A stretch of 64,000 bases of DNA from assembly GCA_030704615.1 (NCBI GenBank), contig CM060732.1, positions 11,160,001 through 11,224,000 of the forward strand, written 5' to 3'. The translations under genes and the position numbers were made by a program. The notes under the pieces were generated by a model that saw only the letters and a list, made by a program, of their open reading frames with translations, had not been told where the DNA came from and ran no database searches. Below, piece after piece: positions 23,416 through 35,003 of this stretch (position 1 is the first letter of the stretch; the number at the start of each line of letters is the position of its first letter). Source of the DNA: Takakia lepidozioides (lineage: Eukaryota; Plantae; Bryophyta).

Positions 23416-25440
23416 CTAGTCCGCTCCACCCTTTTCACAAGCATCCTCCATCGCTGCAGAATGAAACGAAGGTGCAAGGATAATGAGCGACAGATAGAAG
23501 TCCTATGAAAAGACTCACCCTAAGCAAGAAGATGACACAGAATGGAATGGAAACACCGCAGCAAGTGAAAACCTCACCGAGCCGATGAACTTCGAGTTGT
23601 TACGAAGGCGAGCGTGTTTGCGACGCTTCGCTGCTCACCGCGACTCTCCACACCTGGGGAAGAACGGTCGTCTTTCGTTACGGTGATGGAAACGCAAAGA
23701 GGAAAACAAAACAGTGCAAAACAGTGCGAAGAAACAGGCGCGAAGAGAATGGAGTCGATCGCACAGGGAACATGAGAAGAAAATAGAAGTAGAAGGGAGA
23801 AAGCGGGCATGGCACTGCCAACGTGGCGCGATTTCATAGGCGCCAACTATCCGCAGTCATCGCATTGAATACGTCCACCGAACGAACTCATCGTACTAAA
23901 TTCATCAACGGTCCTCGCAAGTGCAGCAGACTCATTTCCCATCGGGCCGAGAGTCCACCGGACCGCCAGTCCAGCGGACTATTCGCTTTGCTGAGGCGAA
24001 GCGGCTTCATATTGGAGGCACTTTCCTGCCAGCGGAATGAAGACAAAAGAGAGTAAGGGGAGAACAGGAAAGTAGCAGGTGCATGTGGAGGTTTGAGGAC
24101 CTTACGACTGGATGGTGTTCCGTGACGACTCGAATTGTTTTTTTGTGCTGCCATCCCTTATATAATACCATGTGGATCCATCACAAAGCTGGGTTTCTTC
24201 ATATTCTCCACCCTTTTCCACAACTTATGCACGACGGATGCAAGCCGCTATACTTGGTCGCATAAACAGTCCCATCGTCCGATACGAAATCTGCAATACA
24301 CACCCCCATGTGCATACGCTTCCACCATTTTTGCGCCCATGTTACCCATGGGTTCGTTTAACGAACTAAACTTGTGAAGGCTCTCATGAGGGATGTAGTA
24401 CGAAGGGACTAAACGTATCATGACGGATCACAAGCAGAGGATGTTATCGACGACAGATGTCCGCATTTTCCATATTTATGACATAGAACCAAACCATAAA
24501 ACGAAGGTTCCCGAAAGCACAACAAGAAGGCAAAAATAGTGGAAGCATATGCACGATGGTGGCTGTAGTGCCGAGACAGTCCTCTCATGTTCAAGCACAC
24601 GCTTCATCATCATCATGAACATCGCGCGCAAAAGATGAACAGTCGCGTGCATGGAAACGCCTACCGCAACATCGGACAACAAACAGCCGTCAAAAGAGAG
24701 CGGCCGGGATTTGGTGGGAAGATCATTGCCATTTTCGAAATGGAGGGCTCGGATGGGTTATGGGAATGGACGGTGGCAATCCTGCACCGTCAGCGGACTA
24801 GATGGCAGGGGACTGGCCAGCGGACTGGCAGGCAGATTGGCGGACTGCTAGACTGCTGGGCAGCGGACTGGCCAGCAACGGACTAGCAGACTGGAGGGCA
24901 GCGGACTCATGGGCGGGGGACTGGCCGCGCGGCGGACGGGGGCGAGGGTGCGGTTGCTGCAGCCGCGCCCGCGGCTGGGCGACCGCGCGCAGCGGCGGGC
25001 GGGGCGGGCGGCCTATTATCTTAAAATGAGAGGTGGCATATGTGCCCGGAGATTAGATTATTCCGAAATTTGACGTGGCAGAAGGGTATAACCGTTTTCC
25101 CATGCATATGTTCACACGAACTGTGTTCCCGATTTTGCGCTCGGTGTGTAGGAGGAGGGGAACGGAGGGAGATAGGGTTTAAGGATCATCGCTCCCTTGG
25201 TCCGAACGGGTGCGGAGTGTTAATAAGTAAACGTGTACATTTACCACCTGGTGTGAACGGGTATGGGGTTGAGTAGTACAGGGTTGGGTAATATTTTTGA
25301 CCCAGGGCTAGAGGGAGGGGTAAAGGTGACAACGGTAAACCATATTACCCCTGGTGCGAATGAAAAGCGATATCCATGAAATGCCACAGAAGACACGCTC
25401 GCCTTCAAGGTCCAGCTCACTTCACTTGAGAGCAGAATCC

Positions 25441-27030
25441 ATGGCGGAAAATGCCCTGACTTTATGCGAAGAGACTATCGATTCGGTCCAGTGCCTCACG
25501 TCCACCAACCAAGATTTGCAGATCAACAAGCAACAGTGTAAGCTACTGGCAAAGAAACTCTTAGGAATCCAAGTGACACTGGACAAGATCCGAGAAATCT
25601 CATCTGAAGAAGCAAGTGCCAATCGTTTTCATGCTGCAGATCACTGGAAGCAGGCCATCGAGGAGCTTTGTCGCATACTGAATAAGGCCAAGGTTCTGAT
25701 CAAGGACTATTGCTGCAAGGATCAGTGGCTGAATGCAGCGATCAGGCATGGCGATAAGAAGGAAGATTTTGCGGGATTACGAGGTGGACTGGCACACTTG
25801 GGTTCTGTGCGACATTTTCTCCCTGGGGATCAGTCAAGAGACGCTCCTTTACGCAGAAGCTTGCGACGGTAAACTTAGCATCACAGACTACGACGCTCTG
25901 GAGGCAGCGGCAAAGGAGGACCTAGACAGCCTCGAGACTTCCTTGAAGGTCCTCACGGACCATCATGTTTGTGTGGAGAGCTGCAAGCAAGGGTATCAAA
26001 CTGAGCAATGTCTTGCAGCGCAGCTGTTGAGGAGATTGCAATCCCCGGCCTCGGCCTCGCCAGTCACCCCAGATGTCGTCCGGAAATCGCCACTTATTTT
26101 GTGGGCGAATGCTGGAGAACTTGTTGACGTAAGTATGTTAGGGAACGGTAGCTTTGGGATGGTCTATGAAGTTACGTGGCAAGGCGAAAAGTACGCAAGG
26201 AAGGTATTCTTTGGAACGAAGACCTCTGGAGGTGCGGGGTTGGGACGAAAGTCCACAAAGAAGAAATCCTCCTCGGCAAGGGGGAACTCATTCTTCGAGG
26301 AAAAGGTGGCTGCTCTAGCGGGACTCAATCATCCCCACATCGTGCGGCTAGTTTGCTGCTCTCAGAGCAAGGAGGACAGCCTTCTGATGGAATTGATGAC
26401 CACTGACCTCTATGACCTCTTGAAAGGCAGACCCACGCCATTTTCGAATCTTCGAGCCGTTGACCTCATGCTGCAAATCGCCGAGGGGATGAAATATTTG
26501 CATGCCCAACAAAAAGTTCACCGTGATCTTAAGTCTATGAACATTCTGGTCAGCAGATCTTCCACCTTCTCTAGGAGAAGACGCACGCGCGTATGCAAAG
26601 GTGGGTGATTTGGGCGCATCAAAGATCAAGAATAACAGTACTAGGTACACTAATCAGACACTCGAGATTGGTTCCAGATTGTGGAAGGCGCCGGAGGTTT
26701 TCAGTTTGGTGGATGAAGAAGAGCGTCCTAGCAGGTCTCACCCTTGGACAGCAGATGTTTACAGTTTTGGGATTGTCTACGCTGAGATACACAGGAGAGG
26801 AGCCATTTGGGGAGGGTTTAACCGGGATTCGGAAGAGGGTGAAGGGCGGGGAGAGGCCATGGCTGCCGGTTAGTTGTCCAGCCAGGTTGGCTTTCTTGAT
26901 TGGAAAATGTTGGAGTGGTGACCCTCTCGAGAGACCTAATTTCTCAAAGATTTGCAGAGAGCTGAGATACATCAAAGGGCTCCTTCTGAAAGGTTCGGAT
27001 TGGCTCTTGGATTTTCGAAGAATGCGGTAA
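25441..27030 (+). pseudogene. DUF1221 (HeLo/4-helix-bundle) plus protein kinase, plant MLKL-like; about three frameshifts
   Basis: N-terminus INKQQCKLL..AIEELCRILNKAKVLIKDYCCKDQWLNAAI is DUF1221-like. Kinase motifs LGNGSFGMVY, YARK, HRDLKSMNIL, KVGDLG, WKAPE, ADVYSFG, ERPNF. Frame breaks near 25775, 26580 and 26790. Confidence 0.8.
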
Positions 27031-27729
27031 TTCTGGTCTGTTTGTACCCTTCGGTAGGCATTTGTGCAGCTGTAGACCTGGGGCCTTGATGTGGAGTCGA
27101 GCATATGCCCGATCCCGCAGTCTGGGACTTGAAGCGGGATACCTACTAAGAAGACCAGATTGTCTTAGTCTGTACGGCTTGAGGAATGTAAGCCCTTACA
27201 AATGTCATCTGGGAAATGTCAGGGTGCAGTGGGGTGTAGTAGTTCCTCTGGACGGTGACCGTTGTTTGTCGTATAATCTCGATATGTGGATTCTATTAAG
27301 TAGGATTTGGAGCAGCACTTCCGCCATGTGTTGGTCTTGGAAGGATGACTGGTCCAGGTCGTCCGCAATGGACATGACCTCTCGGTTGTGTCGAGCCAAA
27401 GTGGGCATGGTTGGGAGCTGTTAAGAGTCCTCGGTAGAGGTACTTAGCGCACCCCTGCCCGTTGAATGATGCCACCATTATCATGGCTCACACTTGTCTT
27501 CCGACCACCCTTCTAGGGTGAGAATGCTTTTGGTGGATGTTTGTCGGTGGAGGGCCCTCGCTTGTTGCAATCTCCTGTAATAGAAGGAAAAAAGAATGCT
27601 AACAGGCCTTGCAATGTGAGGACCCTGAAGACTGGATCCCTGGTTTCCTTCACCAACTACCACTGGCTTGTTTAATAATCATCTTTAGAAAGGCCAGTCC
27701 ACGGCTCTCAAAGTTATTTGCTTTTTCAG

Positions 27730-29156
27730 TCTGAAATTGAGATCTCGCAACTTGAAGGAGGGCGCCCAGAGGACTACAACACCATAACTGACCTGTTCCT
27801 TGAGGTGTGAATCAATGGATGACTGCGATAAGTGTATTCAATTCACTAGTCTTCACCTGAACTTGAAGCTTAAAAAAGGAATCTATTAATTATGAGTTTG
27901 TGTTGTGCAGCGCAACATGTTCAAGGAGGCAATTGCTTTTCTTCTGGATGTTTTGAAGCCTAACCTTCCAGAGCATGCCATGCTTCAGACTAAGGTAGAG
28001 TCAGCTCTGACTCTTACAATTTGCAGTGCAGATGGACTTGCATGGTTTGTGCCCTCCTGTAACTTGTCTGTTGTCTGTTCTTTCCCCTTGCTATGCTGTG
28101 CATCTTGTTACTAGTCCCCTCCACTTTACATAGCTACCTTGCAAGCACTTACCTGTAGATATGATCGACAAGGTCATGTCAATCCAGTGGATACTGTTTT
28201 TCCACTGGGTAATGCGGCTGCCAATGAATGTTGGTTATGCAGGTCTTGAAGATCAGTCTGGTCGCATCCCCCAACATAGCTGATTCAATTTTGACAAATG
28301 GCATGTTCAGCCATTATGACCGTCCTCAAATTGCTGAGCTCTGTCGGAAAGCTGGTCTTTACATGCATGCCCTTCAGGTCTATTTCTGCTTTTGCACTCT
28401 TGCAGTTCTCTCTGCTCATTATACTTCAATCTGGTGATTTTGTTGATCTACACCGGTGCGTCTTGACTCAGGGCCGGAATATACCTTACCTTTTAGGCCT
28501 GAGTGCACCTGCTCTTGGAGGAACAGGCAATATCCTGAATACACACTGACTGAAGGTTATCAGCAGTGAAATTTTTTCCTCCTCTTATTTTGTGTTCTTT
28601 AAAATCTAGTTTTGTCTCCACATTAATTTTTGCAGTGTGTCTGGATGTATAAATCATACTTGCCCTGGAGGTCAAACAGTCACTTTTATGTCCATGCAAA
28701 TAAAGTTTCTAATGATCCTTCCTTGTGCAGGTGAACCCAGAAAATGCGCCTCTGGTGGTTGGGCAATTGCTGGATGATGGCCACCCCAAGGATTTCATCC
28801 TGTCTGCTCTTTACTGCAGGTGGAGGCACTGGTTGATGAGTGTGAGAAGAGGTAATAAATTGTTCCAGGGTGGCTTTATGTCATTTTTAATCTGTTTGTT
28901 TGCTCCTAGCATGATGTCTATGTCACAGTCAACTCTCGGGTTATGCACAAGATGAAAATGTATGGAAAGAGGGCACATTACTGACATATTAAATGCATGC
29001 GGAAGCTGTTTGTTGTCTCAGGATGAATCAAACTAACAGTTTGATGGGTCGGACAGGAACCAGTTGAGATTGCTGACACAGTTCCTAGAGCATCTTGTGA
29101 GTGAAGGGAGCGAAGATGTGCATGCACATAATGCATTGTGGAAGATCATTGTTGAT
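27730..29156 (+). pseudogene. CHC: Second clathrin heavy-chain fragment, paralog of 4549-6035 including introns
   Basis: Same exons, introns and internal exon deletion. Frameshifting deletion at ~28799. Truncated after IIVD at ~29156. Confidence 0.85.
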
Positions 29157-29574
29157 AGTAGCTACACTGCACTAGTTTTTGCAGCATTATTTGCTTGGGA
29201 GGTTCCTTCCTCGGGCATCGTCAACTCGAAGCAGTGTAGAACACAGCTTTCTACACTGCTTTTCCACCGCATAAATTTTACTTATGAATGTCTAATTGTA
29301 TGAGATACATAAATTACCACACACCCAGTTCAAGAAGGGCTAGACCACTACAGCAGCCCTGGCCGGGTCACCTGCAGCGAACCCCACACCTCAGGCCCCA
29401 TTCTCCAGGCGCTTGGTCAGTGCCTCCGCTCCCAGCCCACCAGCAATTCAGGTCTTACCAGTTGAAAGATTTCTTGGATGATCTGAAGAGCTCCCTGAGG
29501 CATTATCCAACCTACAATCACAATCCATCCACATGGCATAAAAGTGAATTCCATGCGTCATAATATCAGCTCTA

Positions 29575-30370
29575 CCTGCACACCTATCTCCATAGGTGCT
29601 AGAAGAATTGGAGAATAGAGTAACTCACTGTTTAGAGTTCCTCCGAGGCACTTTCGAGTACGCATTGATGGTGATTTTTTCATACTCCGACATCTCATCA
29701 CCAGTAACTTGTATGATAGGATCTGCATTCGAATATAAAAAATACTTCATGAAGGTGTCATGTTTGTTTCTGGTGATAGTATATTGCTCGCCAGAACCTA
29801 CCGTTTTCTCTATCACGCCAGAGAGGCCTCGTGTCACAGTAAAGGGATGGCCAGTCTTGTTGATAATGTCTGTTGACTCCACACTCGCGAATACTCGCCC
29901 GAGGCTGTAACTGAAGCCCATCCATATAAACATGTTAGCTCATAAAGAAAATCACTTAGATGTCTTCAAATATCGGCACAAGAACCAGTCAATCAGTAAA
30001 ACAACCTCGAAGTGCGAGTGCCAGCAACAGTGGTGAATAGACCAGCTTACCGACTTCTGCGGGAAGGCCGCGGGTCACCTGATTTTGAGTAACCTTTTAT
30101 GGTGACACTTTCATTCCCGGCTATGTCATCACCATCAACTTCAAGAACAAGATGTAAATTGTCGTATAGACCATACTTGTAGTCCTTGTTGTAGCAGATG
30201 TCATAGGTATCACCATCTTTCAGTGTGGTCAAGCATGAAGTTGCTGCCTCCCCTTTTGCCTTGTCTAAACCATCTGAGGATTCTTCCAAAACTGGAGGAA
30301 GTACGGCGTCAGAGGATTCTATCAACGCCATAGGACGGCCAGTCTTGTTGATAATTTTGGTCCCTTCCAT
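29575..30370 (-). CDS. Small gene with two homologous ~95-aa domains (exons 30370-30051 and ~29911/29905-29629); resembles a small non-seed-plant family (DUF7748-like, tentative)
   Basis: Both ORFs share T.IINKTG.P....G..Y.I....Y.LY....V.GD.....E..TI..YSK. Phase-2 donor G|GTAAG and a matching acceptor are present. Confidence 0.6.
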
Positions 30371-30957
30371 ACCTCAATATCCCCTCTTTCTTCTCTTCAC
30401 CACAGGAAAGATACTCCGGAGGTTGTAAATAGGAACTCGACACTCAGTATTCTGGACCAAACAAATGTAGTTATGGTGTGCATCTTGTGGAAATGTTATA
30501 GAAAAGCACCTTGGCAGACATTTTCTCAATATGTGAAGAGCAAGATTATCAATGTAATGAAGCGCGTGGAGAGATAAATACAGTAGTTGAATACTTGTGC
30601 TCTCTTCTGCATGAGTTGGGAAAAAATGTCCTTACGCTGGCTTGGGTTTATCCTTGTTCGGCGAAATTGCGTCAACTCTTCAGCACCTCAATGCGTTTCT
30701 TCAACACCTGAAAGAGAGCCTACACACTTTTCTTCTCCCGTTACAAACAAACGGAAGTATAGTGGCCAGCACGATTAAGACCCACAAATAACAAATACCT
30801 TCAGATCAGAGATTTATATGAGAATCCAGTATCGTGTTTACCTTCCACAATTCACGACTAAAAATCTGAAAGTTAGTGAATGTACGTGCCAGGCACTTCT
30901 ACTGGCAGACAGTGCAACGAATAGCAAAGCTCCACACAAGTAGCCATTGGAGAGAGA

Positions 30958-33386
30958 TTGTACTCATAAGACGTTGTTTGCCGTAGCCTTGTGGCCATTG
31001 ACCCCGCGCCCAGTTTGAGCGGGAACAAAAGGGACAGAACCTACCTCTGTCAGGGGCTGACGTTGGTAGTAAGACTTACCTCCATATAAAGAATTAATCC
31101 GGGTTTTCCAGATATCCTCTAGAAATCCCTTCACACAAGCATCAATCTGCTGTGTGTGATTTGCCCAAAAACTAGGCCTCAGGAGGGCCTGGGCTTTTGG
31201 CTCAGCCTCGAGACTTTCAAAGTTGGTAAACAGGGGTACAGGCACAATTCCCTTAATAGATTTGAAGAGAGCGTCTCTTTGGTGAGAGAACCCCGGACAG
31301 TGTATCAGAAAATGAATACTGTCTTCAGATTGCCCACACAATGGGCAATTGCACTCTCCCTTTCCTCTCTGCTTCTGTTTGCTGTTCAAAGGTAGGCTTC
31401 CTGCCCTGAGTTTAAATTTCAGTCTAGTGCCGAGAGTGGGTAGACCCTTGAGGTCATCCAAGATGTCCTCCCCCATGTCACAGACTGGAAACAAGTTCAG
31501 GGAAGTTTTCTGCCTAACTTCATTTTCATCAGACAATCTCATGGCAACAGACATGGCTGAGGACACTACAGCCTCTAAGTCAGATTTATCCAGCAGGGTC
31601 AAGACTTGCGGATCCAGGTCCAGGTCCTTGAGGATCTCTTCTACTCTCTTCTGCCAGGACTTAGCCTGTTTGACAGGGCGGTCCTGTTTCCAAGATATAG
31701 AGTCGATTAATTTAGGATATCTGGTGTTGGGCATATGTTGCAGCTGACCCCACCATCTGACCTTGAATTCATCTCGTCGGGAGCTTAAGGACGGAATGCC
31801 AAACTCACCCCGAACAGCCACATTGGCTGTTTTGGAGCATGCTGACATACACTCCTTAAGCACCCCCACTTGAATGGATTCTAGAGACTTAGCCTGGTTG
31901 GAGTTATCAACCCATATAGCAGATCCGTACTCCAAGGCAGGTCTAATAACGCGACAAAGCATGGTTTTCTTAACCTCAGAGTTGACCCCTCTGCAGTGGA
32001 AAAATTTAGTGAGCCCCAGAGCTTTGCCCTTGCCAGTTTGAACAACTTTCCGGATATGTGCATCCCAATTACAATTGGAGGAGAACTCAACGCCCAGGTA
32101 AGTGTAGGAAGGGAGGACCGGGATCTCTTGGCTACCCCACTGCCACTTAAGATCACTTCCTCCCTCTCCTCTGTCGTTGAATGCTACCACTGCACATTTG
32201 CTGACATTAGCCTCTAGCCCCCAAAGATCAAAGTATCTCTTCGCGCAATCAATCAACTCCTGGAGATTGGTTGGAGTCTCCCCTATGCCTGCGAAGTCAT
32301 CCGCAAACATAAGGGCTGGTATGGTGGTATCACCCACCCTTAACCCAAATCCCTCACTTTCCACATCCTCGAGGAGTTGATTGATGAAAACATTGAAGAG
32401 CAGAGGGGAGAGAGTACATCCTTGAGCTACACCTTGGTCTATGTCAAAGAAGTTGGACTTCTGTCCGTTAACAGTGACACAGCTTTTGGTGTGAGCATAC
32501 AAGTTGTGGACAACTCTCCACATCTTTCCCTTGATCCCACAAGACCAGAGGCGGAACCATAGGCCATCCCTCCACACTGTGTCATAAGCCTTTTTGACAT
32601 CCAGGAAAAAGACATAAGTGGGTTTCCCTTCTTTTTTCCTTCCCTGGATAATCTGGCTTAGAGTGAAGATATGATCCACACAGCCCCTGTTTCGCCGAAA
32701 GCCAGCTTGGCCTTCGTGGAAACAACCTCTGGACTCCAGATCAACCTCGAGACGAGTACTTATAACTCTGCAGAATGTCTTGCCAACAGCATTGAGGAGC
32801 GTGATGCCACGGTAGTTCCCCGGTTCTTCTCTGTCACCCTTCTTGTATAGATTGACAATGACCCCGTGTCGCCAGCGAAAGGGGATCATTTCAGTCTTCC
32901 AGATAAGGTTAAAGAGGAGAACTAGGGCCTCTATCATGGGATCGCCACCGTGCTTGATAAGCTCGTTGACAATACCATCAGGTCCACCAGCTTTATATCC
33001 ATTTAAATGTTCAATTGCTTCCACAATCTCAGAAGAACTAATGGGAGCATTATAAGCCATTGAAATATACTCCAGTTCATCAGGGCTGTTTTGAATCATA
33101 GGAACAGTTTTTCCAACTGTGTCCCTCCATTCAGCAGAAGACCCCTCACTGTTAGACCTAGAAGTTCTGCCAAGGATACTGTAGTGAGTTTCAAAGGTTT
33201 TGACAATGTCAACCGATGAAGTCACCACTGCACCTTTAGTAGTCTTCAGCGCTTGTACTTGCTGACCGTTTTTCGGTTTGTACAAACGTTGAAGGGCCAA
33301 CCAGAATTTCTTGTCATTACCACCATGGTGGTTTGAGTTTATTTCACTGTATAACTTGTCCCAGTATAATTTCTTCTGAGACCTAA
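30958..33386 (-). mobile_element. RTE/RTEX-group LINE, 5'-truncated, intact RT ORF, 13-bp TSD
   Basis: 778-aa ORF with all RT motifs and C-terminal CPLC..HFLIHC. TSD cattggagagaga at 30945-30957 and 33387-33399. Confidence 0.92.
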
Positions 33387-33391
33387 CATTG

Positions 33392-33411
33392 GAGAGAGAG
33401 AGAGAGAGAGA
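33392..33411. repeat. (GA)n microsatellite at LINE insertion site
   Basis: gagagagagagagagagaga. Confidence 0.9.
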
Positions 33412-34632
33412 TGCGATGCCGCCAACCGAAGTTAGAGCCCTCCTTCCCTTGCGGATACGCCTTCCTTTCGGGGGTGGGCTCTAGGGAGCCATTGGAGACA
33501 GTATGACCGCTTCACAATCCACTTTCTCAGTCATGAAAGCGACGGGCGTGGACATTGCACATGTGAGTTCTACAGTGGGTTCTCATACTCGAGTGTCCAA
33601 GGATGGTCAGAAAACTGGCTTTCTACGTTTCTCCCCGACAACCGATGACCATTTACATAGCTTAACAAGGAGTCCAGCGAATTAACGTTCGAAACCGAAA
33701 TAAACTTGAATCCTTTTTACCTCGAAACAGGAGAGTGCACCTTCGAAGCTTGTCGGTCACTCTTAACGCCGTTCTTCCATCTGATGCAATCCAAGATGTT
33801 TAGAACGATGCCATCGATGGTCACAATGAAGGCCAAGTGAGAAAGTATGAAGGGCCCACCAAAAGAGTGCTTGCTTGCGCGCGAGCGATGAACACAACTC
33901 CTTGAAACACAACATAGAACCCCTCTCACCTGATAAATTTCATACTCACGTTGTCACTGAGAGCCTATTTCTCTTTGTCCTGGTGCGAAACCGCTGGAAC
34001 CTGATTCCAACATCAATTAGAGCTCTACCTTAGAACGCTAGCTTCTACTGCACTCCTATAAGATTCTTCTTTCTACTTGTAGAGCATTACGCACCGTGGC
34101 AGCTTCAGTGGCTCGGATTTCTCAACTCGAACGTCCAGCTTTACTGTAACGGTAGTACGCAGGCAGGGTAGCTTGTCAAATACTCAAAACCCTAAACTCT
34201 CCTGGAGGCTGGGAGCTCCACCTAGTCTAGTACTGTAACACTATGGGACAGCCATTGAGGTAGGATCCCTAAAGCTCGCCCCCGCCCCCCGACTAGGTCC
34301 TGACGGCCCAAAACGTATGATTGGAATTATGTGGCAAATGGAACTCGATATAGGTACGTAAATTCATTTTACTATTGGCTCCTCCCTGGAGAGGGCATGC
34401 CACCATTGTTTTTTCCTGATGTACCTTCCCCACTTAATACTTAACTATCAAGTTCCATCCCAGATGGTGAAACCATGTAAGACTTTATTTACAACATGTA
34501 CAATGGGTAAACGGGCATATGATGAGAAGTTCCGGGCGGGGGAGGGGGAGAGGAACGAGAAACAAGAGAAGAAAACAAAAGCTATAATAAACTACTCAAC
34601 CAGCGACGAAAATAGAAGCTATAGTAAGCTAT

Positions 34633-35003
34633 TCAAGCAGAGCGACCCTCCCAGCCAACAGCCAGGAGGAGATCATGCAAGGAGATAGGCAAAGTGTCAG
34701 GCAGAGGCGGAAGATGAGATGACGCGGAGCTAGCCACATCAGCCCGATGCAAAATGGATATGGCTTGTGCTCTCTGCAAAGCAACTGAAACACGTTGTCG
34801 ATAGTAGGCGACAAGGACGGAGGCATGTGGGATGTCAGTGGACCCGCTCTTGGCTGCATGATGTGCACATGTCCGTAGGAAATCGTCGAAGTGCCGGTGC
34901 AATGAGCCAAATATCTCGACCGCCAGTGGAAGAAATGTGTCAGTGAGATGACGATCGTTGTAGTCACGGTCCTTGGCCTGAGCTGCTACAGTGGCTGCTG
35001 TGC
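34633..35003 (-). mobile_element. 3' fragment of a CRE-clade (restriction-like endonuclease) non-LTR retrotransposon
   Basis: AAQAKDRDY..TFLPLAVEIFGSLH..YYRQRVSVALQRAQAISIL, characteristic of the C-terminal RLE domain of CRE elements. Confidence 0.7.

Larger units (their letters stand above)
17672..25046 (-). repeat. Right arm of giant inverted repeat
   Basis: Reverse complement of 7623-15460. Inner junction ccacacagtc at 17672; outer match cctattatcttaaaatgagagg at ~25012-25033. Confidence 0.95.
7623..25351. mobile_element. Composite Mutator-like (MULE) element with Ulp1 (KAONASHI/VANDAL-like architecture), rearranged into a palindrome
   Basis: MULE transposase remnants in the centre and Ulp1 genes in both arms. 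Candidate G-rich terminus (revcomp GGGGTAATATGG) at ~25340-25351. Left terminus and TSD not found. Confidence 0.7.

Noticed and set aside
27050-27700. Possible degenerate L1 fragment on the minus strand
   Set aside because: Only vague peptide resemblance; not supportable by eye.
26990-27802. In-frame kinase-clathrin fusion
   Set aside because: Candidate kinase donors are phase 1 or 2 while the clathrin acceptor at 27729 is phase 0, and both parts are frameshifted.
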